A stretch of DNA of 64,000 nt from Octopus sinensis. Its lineage: Eukaryota. Below, piece by piece: positions 50,316 through 62,870 of the stretch; the first letter of the stretch is position 1; the number at the start of each line of letters is the position of its first letter. The stretch covers positions 109,639,382 to 109,703,381 of the forward strand of contig NC_043005.1 of NCBI RefSeq assembly GCF_006345805.1, read 5' to 3'. The translations under genes were made by a program, and so were the position numbers. The notes under the pieces are model-generated. The model did no database searches. It was not told where the DNA came from and saw only the letters and a list, made by a program, of their open reading frames with translations.

Positions 50316-51055
50316 GTATATAGATATATAGATACATATATTCATATATAGGTGCAAATACAATATAATATATGTATATATATATATATATGTCATGCAT
50401 ATATAGTATGTAGTAATATATATATACGTATATATATACGTATGTATATATATAGATATATATGATATTCATATATATTATAATTTATATGTATGTATGT
50501 ATATATATATATATATATATATAAGTACATATGTATGTATGTCTGTGTATATATGTATACACACACACACACACACATATGCACACACAGACATGCACAC
50601 CTACATGTTCAGATATTTCAACATTGAGTCATTTCTTGTGGTCAGTATTTTGTTGTTCTCTTATTATTTTTATTTTTTTTTTTTTTTGTAGATTTCATTC
50701 TCCATATTTTTGTTGTTTTTCATTTATTTTTATATGTATTTTTATTAGCTTTATTTTTTTCCCCACTGTCCTTTAACATGTCCACCAATCAATGACAGGT
50801 TCTGTCTCGCCAAGCTGACACCAGATGGAGACACCAAGTCTAATCTACCAATCTGTGAGTGCGTGTGTATGTGTGTGTCTATGCATATATATATATATAT
50901 ATGCACACATGCATCCACATATATATGTACATATATGTGTGTGTGTGTAATATATATATACATACACACACATATATATATAACATATATATGTGTGTAT
51001 ATATTATAATAATATATAATATATATATATAATATATAGATACCATATATATACC

Positions 51056-51091
<36 letters not shown>

Positions 51092-52222
51092 CATGTGTGT
51101 ATATATATATATATGTAGACATACATGTGTTGTGTATGTATGAGTCTGTATCTCACAGTATCATAATTTTTATTGATCTATATCCTTCAGACAATATATA
51201 TGTTATATATTTCTTGGTATGCATATATATGTAAAAGATAATTACATATGAACTTGTGTTGATGCTTACATACATGTATGTGTATGCCTCAGTAGGTGTG
51301 TGTGTGTGAGCATATGTGTGTGTTTGTGTGCCCATATGTGTATGTGTATCTGTGCATGTGTGTAAATGTATTTATTCATATTTAACTTAATAGCTTTATA
51401 TCATTTCTTTGCATACCTATTACTTATGGCCATGTCATAAATATGCATATATACATATGTATACATTGTCAACACACATACACTATATATATATATGTGT
51501 ATATAATTTTCATCATCATCATCAGTAACATCATCCCCTCAGAATTTATTTGCCATTCTCTTTCCATGCCTGTATGGAGTGGTCAGGTCTCAAAGCTTCT
51601 CACCTCCTGCTGTGACATATATGTGTGTGTGTGTGTGTGTGCGTGTGTGGATATAGATATAGGTAGATAGATAGATGCTTACATACACACGTACATACAT
51701 ACGTACATGCATGCATACATACATGTATAGACAATACAGTTAATTATTTCTATGGAAGCTGTCTCTGTTTTGTATACTTCTAAAAATATGAACCTTTAAA
51801 AATATACAATCAAAAGAAGAAATATTATTATGCAAAAAATATACCAAACGCTTATAATATATATATATATATTATACAAACATTATACATGCATATATAT
51901 ATATATATATATATTAGATACATACATATATATATAATATAGATATATAATATATATACTATATATATATATTAGTATATTATATTGTGTGTTAATGCAT
52001 ATGTGTTCATATGTATATATATGCATACATATATGTGTTTGTGTGTATAGATATAGATATATGTATACATATATTTATATAGACATATACATGCATGTGA
52101 CTGTACAAGCAGGGTAAAATGAATGTATAATGATAACGATACATGCTTGCATAAATATAAAATTTCTGTTATATGTTATGCAATGTATATATTCATGTGT
52201 CTGTATACATACATACATATAA

Positions 52223-52268
<46 letters not shown>

Positions 52269-52362
52269 GCATGCATATATATATACATGCACACTCACTT
52301 ATATATATATATATATATATGTGTACATATATATACATACTCAAACATACTCAAACACACTC

Positions 52363-52397
<35 letters not shown>

Positions 52398-52916
52398 TAC
52401 ACACACCCACACACACACCCACTGACACACACACTGCAATGTTGGCTATTTCTGTTTCTGTGTGTGGGTGCAGAAGTCTATGTCAGGACATGTAATTACA
52501 CAGGTTGGCATTTATTAATGGATAAAACAAAGCACAGCTGCTATGAATTGACCACGCCACCACCACTACCACCACTACCACCACCAATACCACCAACACC
52601 ATCACCGCCACCACCATCTTTGTCTGCTACCTCTCACATCACCCAGCCATTGAAAAAAAAAACCACTCACACACCACTACTAGGATTGCTGTCATCTATA
52701 CAGCACATGCATGGTGATATGTCAGTCACTACCACCACCAACACTATCATCATCTCAATCTATTACAACTACCACCGACACCATCACCAGCACCACCAGT
52801 ACCACCTCCACCACCACCACCACCACAACCATATTCATCATCATTCTCCGCTACTGCTCTGTTCTCACCACCCACCCCTATCTCTTCCACTGTCACACCA
52901 ACCATCATCACAGGAT

Positions 52917-52950
<34 letters not shown>

Positions 52951-52967
52951 TATAAGGAGATGGTAAA

Positions 52968-53040
52968 TAGATAGACAAATAGATAGATAGGTAGATATAT
53001 ATGTAGATAGATAGATAGATAGATAGATATGTAGGTAGAC

Positions 53041-53098
<58 letters not shown>

Positions 53099-53148
53099 GT
53101 AGATATATATGTAGATAGATAGATAGATAGATAGATATGTAGGTAGAC

Positions 53149-53230
<82 letters not shown>

Positions 53231-53315
53231 GTAGATATATATGTAGATAGACAGATAGATAGATAGATAGGTAAATAGATAGATAGATAGATATGTAGGT
53301 AGATAGATAGATATG

Positions 53316-53375
<60 letters not shown>

Positions 53376-53700
53376 CAGATAGATAGATAGATATGTAGAT
53401 AGATAGATAAGTACGTAGGTAGGTAGATAGATAGACAGACAGACAGGCAAACACAAGCAGGCAGACAGACACATACATACATACATACATGCATGCATGC
53501 ATGCATACATACATACATACATACATGCATACATACATACATACATACATACACACATACATTCATACATACTTACATGCATATATACATACATACATGC
53601 ATATATACATACATACATACATGGGTGGATGGATGGATGGACGGACAGAGGGATGGACAGAGGGATGGATGGATGGAGGGATGGATGGATAGACAGACAA
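52968..53700. repeat. (GATA)n/(CATA)n/(GGAT)n microsatellite field
   Basis: Directly visible; recurring interruption pattern gtagatatatatgtag. Confidence 0.95.
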
Positions 53701-53956
53701 ACAAACTGAGACAGACATTATAGACTAATGAGAAAATGTCTATGAGAGAGAAATAGACAAATAATTGATGAAAGAGACATATCATAGACTGATAAGAGAG
53801 AGAGGAAGAGGAAGAGAGAGGGAGAGGGAGAGGGAGAGAGAGAGAGAAGCAGTGCAAAGTAAGTGTATGTGAGTATCAGAGTATGAACACTTAAGTTTGC
53901 AAGTTTATCTGGGTGTGTGCATGTGTATAATTCTGTCAACGTATATGTGTGATCCT

Positions 53957-53987
<31 letters not shown>

Positions 53988-54739
53988 AGTGTGTGTATTT
54001 GTGTGTGTGTGTGTACGTGCGTGCGTGTGTGATTCTGTCAATGCATATGTGTGAAGAGAAAGACAGGCATAGAAAGACAGAAAGAATGTTAGAGGTAGAA
54101 AGGGATACAAAGAGAAAGAGAGAGATTGACATATAGAGAGGGAGAGAGAGAAAGGAAGAGAGAGAGAGGGAGAGAGAGAGAGGGAGAGAGAAGGAGAGAG
54201 AAGAATGTAGAGAAAGAGGTCGACTGATAGTGTTGTAAGATAAAGAGATAAACGATGGAACATCTCTACCGAACAATGACAGCCATGACAATAATAAAAA
54301 TATATAAAATAACACAATAACACAACAACAACAATTACAACAATCATAACAACAACAACAACAACAACAACAATATCAACAGTAACAACGCTAACAACAA
54401 TGTGAACGATAACAACAACGATATCAGTGACAGCAATAACAACAACAGAATGAGCTACAATAAATAAAGATAATTGTAACACACTTTCACTTTCGCATAT
54501 GCAAACTTACGCACGTGCACACATACAGGCTGAATTATATGCATTTGTATACACATGCACTCGCATACACAGCTAAGCACCTCATACAAGCATATATGAA
54601 TATATGCATAGACATGCACATACATACAGATTTATTCACATATACACACACAAAAAAGCAAAAACTCCCGCAGCCAAATCACCTCAGATTCTGCACATTT
54701 ATCTCACTCAGCTGCAAAATCCATATGATCATTTCTGTT

Positions 54740-55175
54740 CTAGGCACAAGGCCCGAAATTTGGGGGGGAGGGGGTCGGTCGATTAGATTGACCCCAGTAT
54801 GCAAGTGGTACTTAATTTATCAAGGCGGCGAGCTGGCAGAAACATTAGCACGCCGGGCGAAATGCTTAGCGCTATTTCGTCTGCCATTACGTTGTGAGTT
54901 CAAATTCCGTGGAGGTCGATTTTGCCTTTCATCCTTTCAGGGTCGATAAATTAAGTACCAGTTACGCACTGGGGTCGATGTAATCGACTTAATACCTATG
55001 TCTGTCCTTGTTTGTCCCCTCTGTGTATAGCCCCTTGTGGGTAATAAAGAAATAGGTACTTAATTTATCAACCCTGAAAGGATGAAAAGGAAAGTCGACC
55101 TCGGTGAAATTTGAACTCTGAATCTAAAGACAGATGAAATATTGCTAAGTATTTCGCCCGACGTGCTAACGTTCC
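54740..55175 (-). mobile_element. SINE family B variant, interrupted by a plus-strand family B copy
   Basis: Reverse-complement match on both sides of the insertion. Confidence 0.8.
54824..55054 (+). mobile_element. SINE family B, full length
   Basis: 17-bp TSD ggtacttaatttatcaa (54807-54823, 55055-55071). Confidence 0.92.
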
Positions 55176-55408
55176 TTATTTCTTTATTGCCCACAAGAGA
55201 CTAAACATAGAGGAGACAAACAAGGACAGACAAAGGGATTAAGTTGATTACACCAACTTCAGTACATAACTGGTACTTAATTTATCGACCCTGAAAGGAT
55301 GAAAGGCAAAGTTGACCTCGGCAGAATTTGAACTCAGAACGTAACTGCAGACAAAATAATGCTAGGCATTTCGCCTGGTGTGCTAACGTTTCTGCCAGCT
55401 CACCACCT
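55176..55408 (-). mobile_element. SINE family B, full length
   Basis: Reverse-complement match. Confidence 0.88.
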
Positions 55409-55480
55409 TTACAACGTCCATATAATAACAAAAACAATATGAATGACAGTTTCAATAAAGATAGCAGCAGCAACAAGACA

Positions 55481-55870
55481 GGAGGCGCAATGGCCTAGTG
55501 GTTAGGGCAGTGGACTCGCAGTCAGAGGATTGCGGTTTCGATTCCAAGACTAGGCATTGTGTGTGTTTATTGAGCGAAAACACCTAAAGCTCCATGAGGC
55601 TCCGGCAGGGATGGTGGTGATCCTTGCTGTACTCTTTCACCACAACTTTCTCTCATTCTTTCTTCCTGTTTCTTGTCCCCGACTTCCTATGCAACCGCTG
55701 AGCCTGGATGCACATTCATCCATCCGTCGATGCTCTCGGTGTTGGGGGATGACCTGCTTTCTCTTCTGCGGGTCTTACGAATCACAAAAGGACCATGTTT
55801 CGGACTTGTCCCATCTTGCGAGCTCTGGGACGAAGACCGTTCGCTCAACAGCAACAACAACAACAACAGC
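55481..55870 (+). mobile_element. SINE family C, tail type 3
   Basis: Family C head and body, then a third unrelated tail ending in (CAA)n. Confidence 0.8.
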
Positions 55871-55929
55871 AGCCATAATGACAACAATGATTACAACAAC
55901 TATGGCGACAGCTACAGCAATGAAAATGG

Positions 55930-57520
55930 ATCTTTACGAAGTACCCCGACAGAATTTTTGCACCATTCCTGCCCATTTTGTAGCCAGTCCTACACTGCAC
56001 ACCCTTAATAAATCCACTCGGTTTATTTCCTTTCACCTTTTCAGGTCCACATCCATCTGTATACCTGTGTGCCAAGTATGAAAGCACCTTCAGTTGCTTT
56101 AAACTAATAAGTCTGTAAGTCCTGACCATGTTCCTTCCATTACTTCCAAACTTTGGCGCCAAAGCTATTGCCTAGAATCACCAAACTCATCAGACTCTCC
56201 CTCTCAACAGAGATGAGTCCTGGTCTTTGGAAACACACTTCTATGAGTCTCATTTTCAAGTTGGACAACCTCTCTCTCCCTGCCAAATATTGCTCTGCTT
56301 TACTGCAACATAATGGAAACAGCCATTAACAATGATGTCTTCTAACACCATAGATGTTTTTCCCAAATTAAGAACCACCAGGATATTTTCCATAAACCAG
56401 ATCCATTAGTGACCTATCCTCTTCTATTACTACAATGAATACTTGCCTTGGAGAAATTTAACAATAATAATGTCACGAACTACAACATCAACAAAGCCTT
56501 TTGCTGTGTCTGGTATGCAATCTGCCCATATACAGCCTCCACCAATCTCTTATCTTTTGAATCAGGAGCTACCCATTGTGTTTCACAACTGTGCATGCAG
56601 ACAGCACACATTTTGTCTCTTGTTCTGTCACCTTCAAAGTGCCATAGGCTTTGATTTCATCCTTTACTTCCTTTTTTCTATACATCAATGACTTCCTTGC
56701 CACCAGTTTCAACAATTCCACTCTTAAGCCACTGATATTACTCTTTATTCATCCCATACATTCATCCATATGCAACCTAGACACCTCATGTTAAACCTAC
56801 ACTGACAACATGAAAAGAGACCTGTAAAGAATTCTCTGATTGGGATATGCCATTCTTGTCTCTTTTGATTGCAAGAAAACAAAAATGCTTCTCATAACAA
56901 GAAAACTTCATCACACTACATAGCAATTGATCATGAGCTGCACATTTCCAGAGCCCTTAGCATCACTCCAGTTGTTGAGTCTCAGTATCACAAATGATTT
57001 CTCCTGGTGCAGCACATCCTTAACATAGATAGGAACATATTCAATAACTGGCCCTTCTCTTCATGGACAGAAAATGCTTCAATATTCTGCAATTATTGAG
57101 GGCCACAATATCGTTTTAATCTAACATCTGGAACAGTATTGCTGCCCTACACACAGACATCTGAAACTATGTCCAGTAAGGGACTTCTTGACTGATAAAG
57201 TCACTCACAGACACATTCCAGCTCATGGCCCACAGGTGCACTGTCTCTTCTCTCTCTCATTTCTCCTGCTACTATAATGGTCTCTGTTCTTTGGAACTTA
57301 ATGGACTCATTCCACCTTCCATCAAGTATTCCCAACCCATACACTTCTCCTCCTCTCATCACTTCTAGTTGTATTCCGTATCCAAGACCCAACACTAATC
57401 ACTATACTCAGCCCTTAATTTTCTTCCCAGAAGATCATACCTCTGGAATTTACTCTCTGCACATATCTTTACTGCAGAGACTAACTTACAAAGGTTTAAG
57501 AGGAACATGAATGACATCCT
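55930..57520 (+). pseudogene. Highly decayed Jockey/CR1-group LINE RT and C-terminus
   Basis: TNKSVSPDHVP, NINKAFCCVW (DISKAFDRVW), FLYIND, AHRCTVSSLS, YYNGLCSLELNGLIPP. Confidence 0.6.
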
Positions 57521-57774
57521 GAAGAATTTATTTCTTCCAGATTTAAAAAAAAAAATGGAATAGGGCAACAAAAATAACACCAGCAGCAACAATAGTAATA
57601 ATTAAAACAACCAAGGTAACAACTAGAATGATAATAACAACAACAATTGTAGCAAGAAAAACAACAAGACACTAACAACTGGCAATTATTGCAAGAATAT
57701 CTGATGTAATGAGAGAATGGGGAAGTGTCTGTGTGGCTAAGTAGCATTGAACTAGATTAAAAAATATGTAATGA

Positions 57775-58045
57775 CCAGCAGTATCACCCAGCGTTGCTCG
57801 GGTTTGTTTCGACCCTTTAGAATTGGAATTTTTGAAAAGTAAAAAAAAGCACCTTTTTGATGTAAATAATTTTTGGTGTTAACATGATCAGATTTGAATT
57901 TTTTCTTCTACGGAAGGAAGAACACGCCTTCTTCTATCATACTCTCAATTTTGGCCAACTTGCACCGTAGGGTCTCGGAGGAGATAGTTTTAGTTGAAGG
58001 CTACCAAACCTGCCATACACAGACAACTTCAACTTTATATATAGA
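57775..58045 (-). mobile_element. Non-autonomous Helitron (same family as 38015, internally deleted)
   Basis: 5' TCTATATATAAAG; 3' hairpin cccgagcaacgctggg plus CTGG. Confidence 0.75.
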
Positions 58046-58709
58046 GAGAGATTAGAAAAATAAAAGCCACAGCTTTCATCATGGAGGTGAAGCTATCACT
58101 ACTAGATGTATTAAGAAATATATTTTAAATTTCTACAATATAAATGGTAAATAACATTGCCTCATGTATTTTCTGAAAAAATATACAACATTGAGCCTAC
58201 ACTAGCTCTGAAAAATATTTGGAGACACAATAATGTAACAAGCTATTCAACCTATGTCAAGCTACACCATTTCAACTACACAGGAAAAAATTTCCCTGAT
58301 ACGCATAAGAACTCCACCCAAACACTTCTCTCTTAGAAAACCAAGAGTGTGAAAATAGTCCAGGCGCTTAGCATACAAACAGGTGACTCTACAGCTGACA
58401 TTAATTTCTATTGCAAAAACGCCAATAGGATATTAATAATTGATACAGCAATACTAATTGACTGTAAAGTTGAGCAGAATTTAGATTAAAAACTTAGGAA
58501 TTACACAAAGTTAGCTACAGAATGAAAAATATTATGGCTGTTAAGGAATGTGTTCAGCATAACAGTTGTGTTTGGTGCTACACAAATATGGAAAGACTTG
58601 ACAGATCATCAATAATGTTAGACAAAGGCATGTTCCAGCAAATTGCAATTCTGGCTTCTGTAAATATTGTTCAGGTATTCTTACTCACTCATTGTTAACC
58701 TTTATTATA

Positions 58710-58749
<40 letters not shown>

Positions 58750-58846
58750 GGAGTAAACACATAAATGTGAAACAAGGTGGAAAAAAGAGTACTCAAATAC
58801 CAGTGGTAGAGTAATATGCTTTATTTTAAGCAGCAGAAAATTCAAC

Positions 58847-58893
58847 AAAATCTGTTACTCTGAGTTTCTCGTTGCCGTTCATCAGACAGTTTT
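58847..58893 (-). ncRNA. Minimal type I hammerhead ribozyme (mirror copy)
   Basis: Reverse complement of 58902-58948. Confidence 0.7.
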
Positions 58894-58901
58894 TGCTAGA
58901 A

Positions 58902-58948
58902 AAAACTGTCTGATGAACGGCAACGAGAAACTCAGAGTAACAGATTTT
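58902..58948 (+). ncRNA. Minimal type I hammerhead ribozyme
   Basis: ctgt CTGATGA acg-gcaa-cga GAAA ctcaga GTA acag; stem III actc-a-gagt. Confidence 0.7.
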
Positions 58949-58998
58949 GTTGAATTTTCTGCTGCTTAAAATAAAGTATATAATATATATATATATAT

Positions 58999-59208
58999 AC
59001 TCTTTTACTCTTTTACTTGTTTCGATCATTTGACTGTGGCCATGCTGGAGCACCGCCTTTAGTCGAGCAAATCGACCCCAGGACTTATTCTTTGTAAGCC
59101 TAGTACTTATTCCATCGGTTCTCCTTTGCCGAAGTGCTAAGTTACGGGGACGTAAACACTCACCAGCATCAGTTGTCAAGCAATGTTGGGGGGATACAAA
59201 CACACAAG

Positions 59209-59250
<42 letters not shown>

Positions 59251-59355
59251 ATTCTTTCAGTTTCCATCTACCAAATCCACTCACAAGGCTTTGGTCAGCC
59301 TGAGGCTATAGTAGAAGACACTTGACCAAGGTACCACACAGCCACTCCTGCACCC
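58999..59355 (-). mobile_element. SINE family A with internal deletion in the head
   Basis: Reverse-complement match. Confidence 0.85.
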
Positions 59356-59401
<46 letters not shown>

Positions 59402-60690
59402 ATATATGTATATATATGTAAATATTTATATATATGTATATATATATATATGTGTGTGTATATATATATATATGTGTGTGTATATATATATATATATATT
59501 ATAAGAAACTGGATTGTTTTTTGATGATGAAAAGAAAATATTGGTGCATTTCTGTAACTAGGAATATTAAGGAAATAATAAAGTTAACATTATTTTCTAA
59601 TTCAGGAACAAGGCCAGGAATTTTGCCTTATAAAATAATAATGATCTATGCAATAATGGGGAAAGCAACTTATTAATTATTAATTATTTGGAATTATGTA
59701 ACTTTTACCAAGAGAAAGCATTTATTAAAGTCTTTTACAGTCTTATTAAAGAAGAATATTCTTAAAATTCCAGTTTTAATATATTTTTATCAAAATGTGG
59801 TTTTGAAGTTTCTTTCCATCCAAATGACTAATTTTAATTTGTTGTGATATAGTAGTTTTTAAAAATTTTATACTGCAAGACAACTCTTTTTAACATCTTA
59901 CTTCCTTCTCTCTCTCCTTCTCTCTCTCCCTCTCTCTCCATCTTTTCTTTATTTGCGATTGTTAATTCATTTGTTGAAAACTCTGTTACTCATGTTATTT
60001 TAGGTTATATAATGAGCAACAATAAAAAAAAGTAATTTTTTATTTCTGAATATCTATACTTGTATTTTAACACAGGTTATTAACACTAAAATGTATAAAT
60101 ATAGAAGAGGACAGAAAAAAAATGTTATGCAGTCACATGTGTTAGAACTGCAAGCTTTTCGATATGAATTGTTGTCCAGCATATCTCCTTACATTTTTAT
60201 GAAGCTTTTAAAAACAAGCACTTTGAATAAGAAAGACCCTGAGTCTACAATTAAAAACAAACAAAAAAAAGATTTATTTAACACCAAGCTGGTTTGCAAC
60301 AACCACAGTGTTTTATTTTTTTTTCCAGAAGGAATAACATACAAAACAAAAGGTATTAATACTCCTACACTTTTTATGCAAATGAAGCATATTCATTCAC
60401 AAACCAAAATTTATTCCTGCCCAGTTATCATTCTAAAAATATATTGATACACTTTAAATGCAACTGCTTCAACTTTAACCAACTAAGCAGGCACTCAAAC
60501 TCTTCCACTGAGATTTATACGCATTCACCTAACATTCACACACTTACACACATATGCACACGCACACATGCAAGCACACACATATGCTCACAGAAAACAT
60601 TTCAATGCCAACAAGAGGCTGCACATTTGGGGGAAAAATTTGCTAGGGTGTAATCTAAGATATATTGATACACAAACTTTTTATGCAAGT

Positions 60691-61090
60691 GGAGGCATGT
60701 GGTTTTGTGGTTAGGGTGTTGGATTCACGACCGTAAGATTATGGTTTCAATTCCTGGACCGGGCGAGCTGTTGTGTTCTTGAGAAAAAACACTTCCTTTC
60801 TTGTTTTTCTAGTTCATTCAGCTATAGAAATGAGTACCACTAGTAGAGGTGCATTGCTTACTAGTTAGTGTGTTGGATTCACGACCGTAAGATTGTGGTT
60901 TCAATCCCTGGACTGGGGGATCTGTTGTGTTCTTGAGCAAAACACTTCATTTCATGTTGCTCCAGTCCATTCAACTGTAGAAATGAGTTTAGCCTGGAGA
61001 GGAATGGGCTCTGCCAGGCTTTCTTGCCTCAGATATTCTGCATGACTGCAGTACCCCCAGCAACTCCCCAAGGAGTTAAGGGACTTGTCT
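60691..61090 (+). mobile_element. SINE family D (tRNA head plus CORE-like domain), two tandem units
   Basis: gtggttagggtgttggattcacgaccgtaagatt...gtgttcttgagcaaaacacttc...gtagaaatgagt occurs twice. Confidence 0.7.
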
Positions 61091-61484
61091 TGACAATCTG
61101 AAATCGATTTCTTTCTAACTCACCCCCTACCCCATGGTAATCTGTAAGTGGTGTCAAGTTACGAGGAAGTAAACTGAATGAAGGTGGAGTGGTGTATAAT
61201 CCAACTGCACAACAGTGACATAATTTGATGGTATGGCTGTTTGTTGTGCTAAATACGCATGTGATCCCTACTGTTTTTACCATATAAAATGATCGCATAA
61301 AAGATGGGCTACACTGAGTTTATTTAAAAGGAAGAGATTAAGATTGTGATAAGATAATAAAAGAAATATTTACTGAGCAAGTGAATACTGTGAGAATATA
61401 GGATGCAAAGGAAAATAAACTTAATTTATTAGAAAAACTATGCATATTGGAGAGCAAATGTGTGAATATTTAGCAACAATTTAT

Positions 61485-61666
61485 AGGTGCAGAAGTGGCT
61501 GTGTGGTAAGTAGCTTGCTTACCAGCCACATGGTTCCAGGTTCAGTCCCACTGTGTGGTACCTTGGGCAAGTGTCTTCTACTTTAGCCTCGAGCCAACCA
61601 AAACCTTGTGAGTGGATTTGGTAGACGGAAACTGAAAGAAGCACATCGTATATATATATTATATAT

Positions 61667-61714
<48 letters not shown>

Positions 61715-61917
61715 ATACGTTTGTGTGTCTGTGTTTGTCTGCCTAACATCGCTTGACAACTGATGCTGGTGTGTAGCAGTTTGGCAAATGAGACCGATAG
61801 AATAAGTACTAGGCTTACAAAGAATAAGTCCTGGGAGTCAATTTGCTCGACTAAAGGCGGTGCTCCAGCTTGGCCACAGTCAAATGACTGAAACAAGTAA
61901 AAGAATAAAAGAAAAGA
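61485..61917 (+). mobile_element. SINE family A
   Basis: Full match with a small deletion. Confidence 0.9.
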
Positions 61918-62045
61918 ACAAGCAGAAAACTGCCAAGAGGGAGGTCTTTCTGCTAGAAACAACAGCAACAACAATGAATATAATTTATACTATACAAAAA
62001 ATGCTGCTTAATAATTAGTTGGAATTATGTAACTTTTATTTAAAA

Positions 62046-62558
62046 CTAGCAGTATCACCCGGCGTTGCTCGGGTTTGTAAGGGAAATAACTATATAAGCA
62101 TTTTTAGAGAGTTACTTCCCTTATAGATGCCCATTCGGGCTTTCTTAGCCATTTCTGTTTTGGTGTCTTCAAGCCATGAAGTCGTTGTTCTAAAAGAACG
62201 CTGGTCTCCTTGACAACGCTTTACGACGTTGATTACCTTACACTCCCTTCCCCACAGCTTCACGAGGGAGGGAAGAAGGGGGAGAAGCAAACAGGTGCAG
62301 CTGTGACCATGGACGCCAACTCCGCCGCCATCGACACATGAAAAATTATGCATTAAAATGGAATAAAAAATGATGTTAAATTATTTTTAAAATCGTAGAC
62401 TCATCGTAGTCGCGCGCTAATAGCCAAATGGGCTCGATATTAATCACGACTATAAGATACCCGAATTTGGTTAAACTGCACCGCAAAATGTGGGAGGAGT
62501 TAGGAATCTAAATCGTAGGAGACAGACACTCACACAACTACAGTTTTATATATATAGA
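62046..62558 (-). mobile_element. Non-autonomous Helitron, intact ends
   Basis: Minus strand A|TCTATATATATAAAAC...CCCGAGCAACGCCGGGTGATACTGCTAG|T: TC start, subterminal hairpin, CTAG end, AT target, no TSD. Confidence 0.85.
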
Positions 62559-62870
62559 TATGCAATTATAAGTCACCAATTTCTAGAAAATTCTTATAAA
62601 TTACAATTTCAATATATCTTTTATTAAAATGTAGATTCATATCCAGGATCTCATTCTGCCAGTCTTGTGTTTATTTTTTACCCATATAATGGGGAACAAA
62701 CATATATTCAGAGTTATGTCTGACAAATTCAACCTATTTTGATTGTGTCTTCAGTTTTAAAAGAATATAGTGCTATAAATATTTACCTTTTTCAAGTGAG
62801 AGAATTTCTCATATGTCCTGGAAAGCCAGTTGTCTTATTAAACATGAGAGAAGAACACTTTCATCATTGT

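Larger units (their letters stand above)
58748..58981. mobile_element. Palindromic minimal-hammerhead element in (TA)n
   Basis: Arms 58814-58894 and 58901-58981 with a 6-nt loop. Confidence 0.85.

Noticed and set aside
60076-60447. 118-aa ORF preceded by an acceptor-like acacAG
   Set aside because: No recognisable domain; AT-rich with homopolymer-derived residues.
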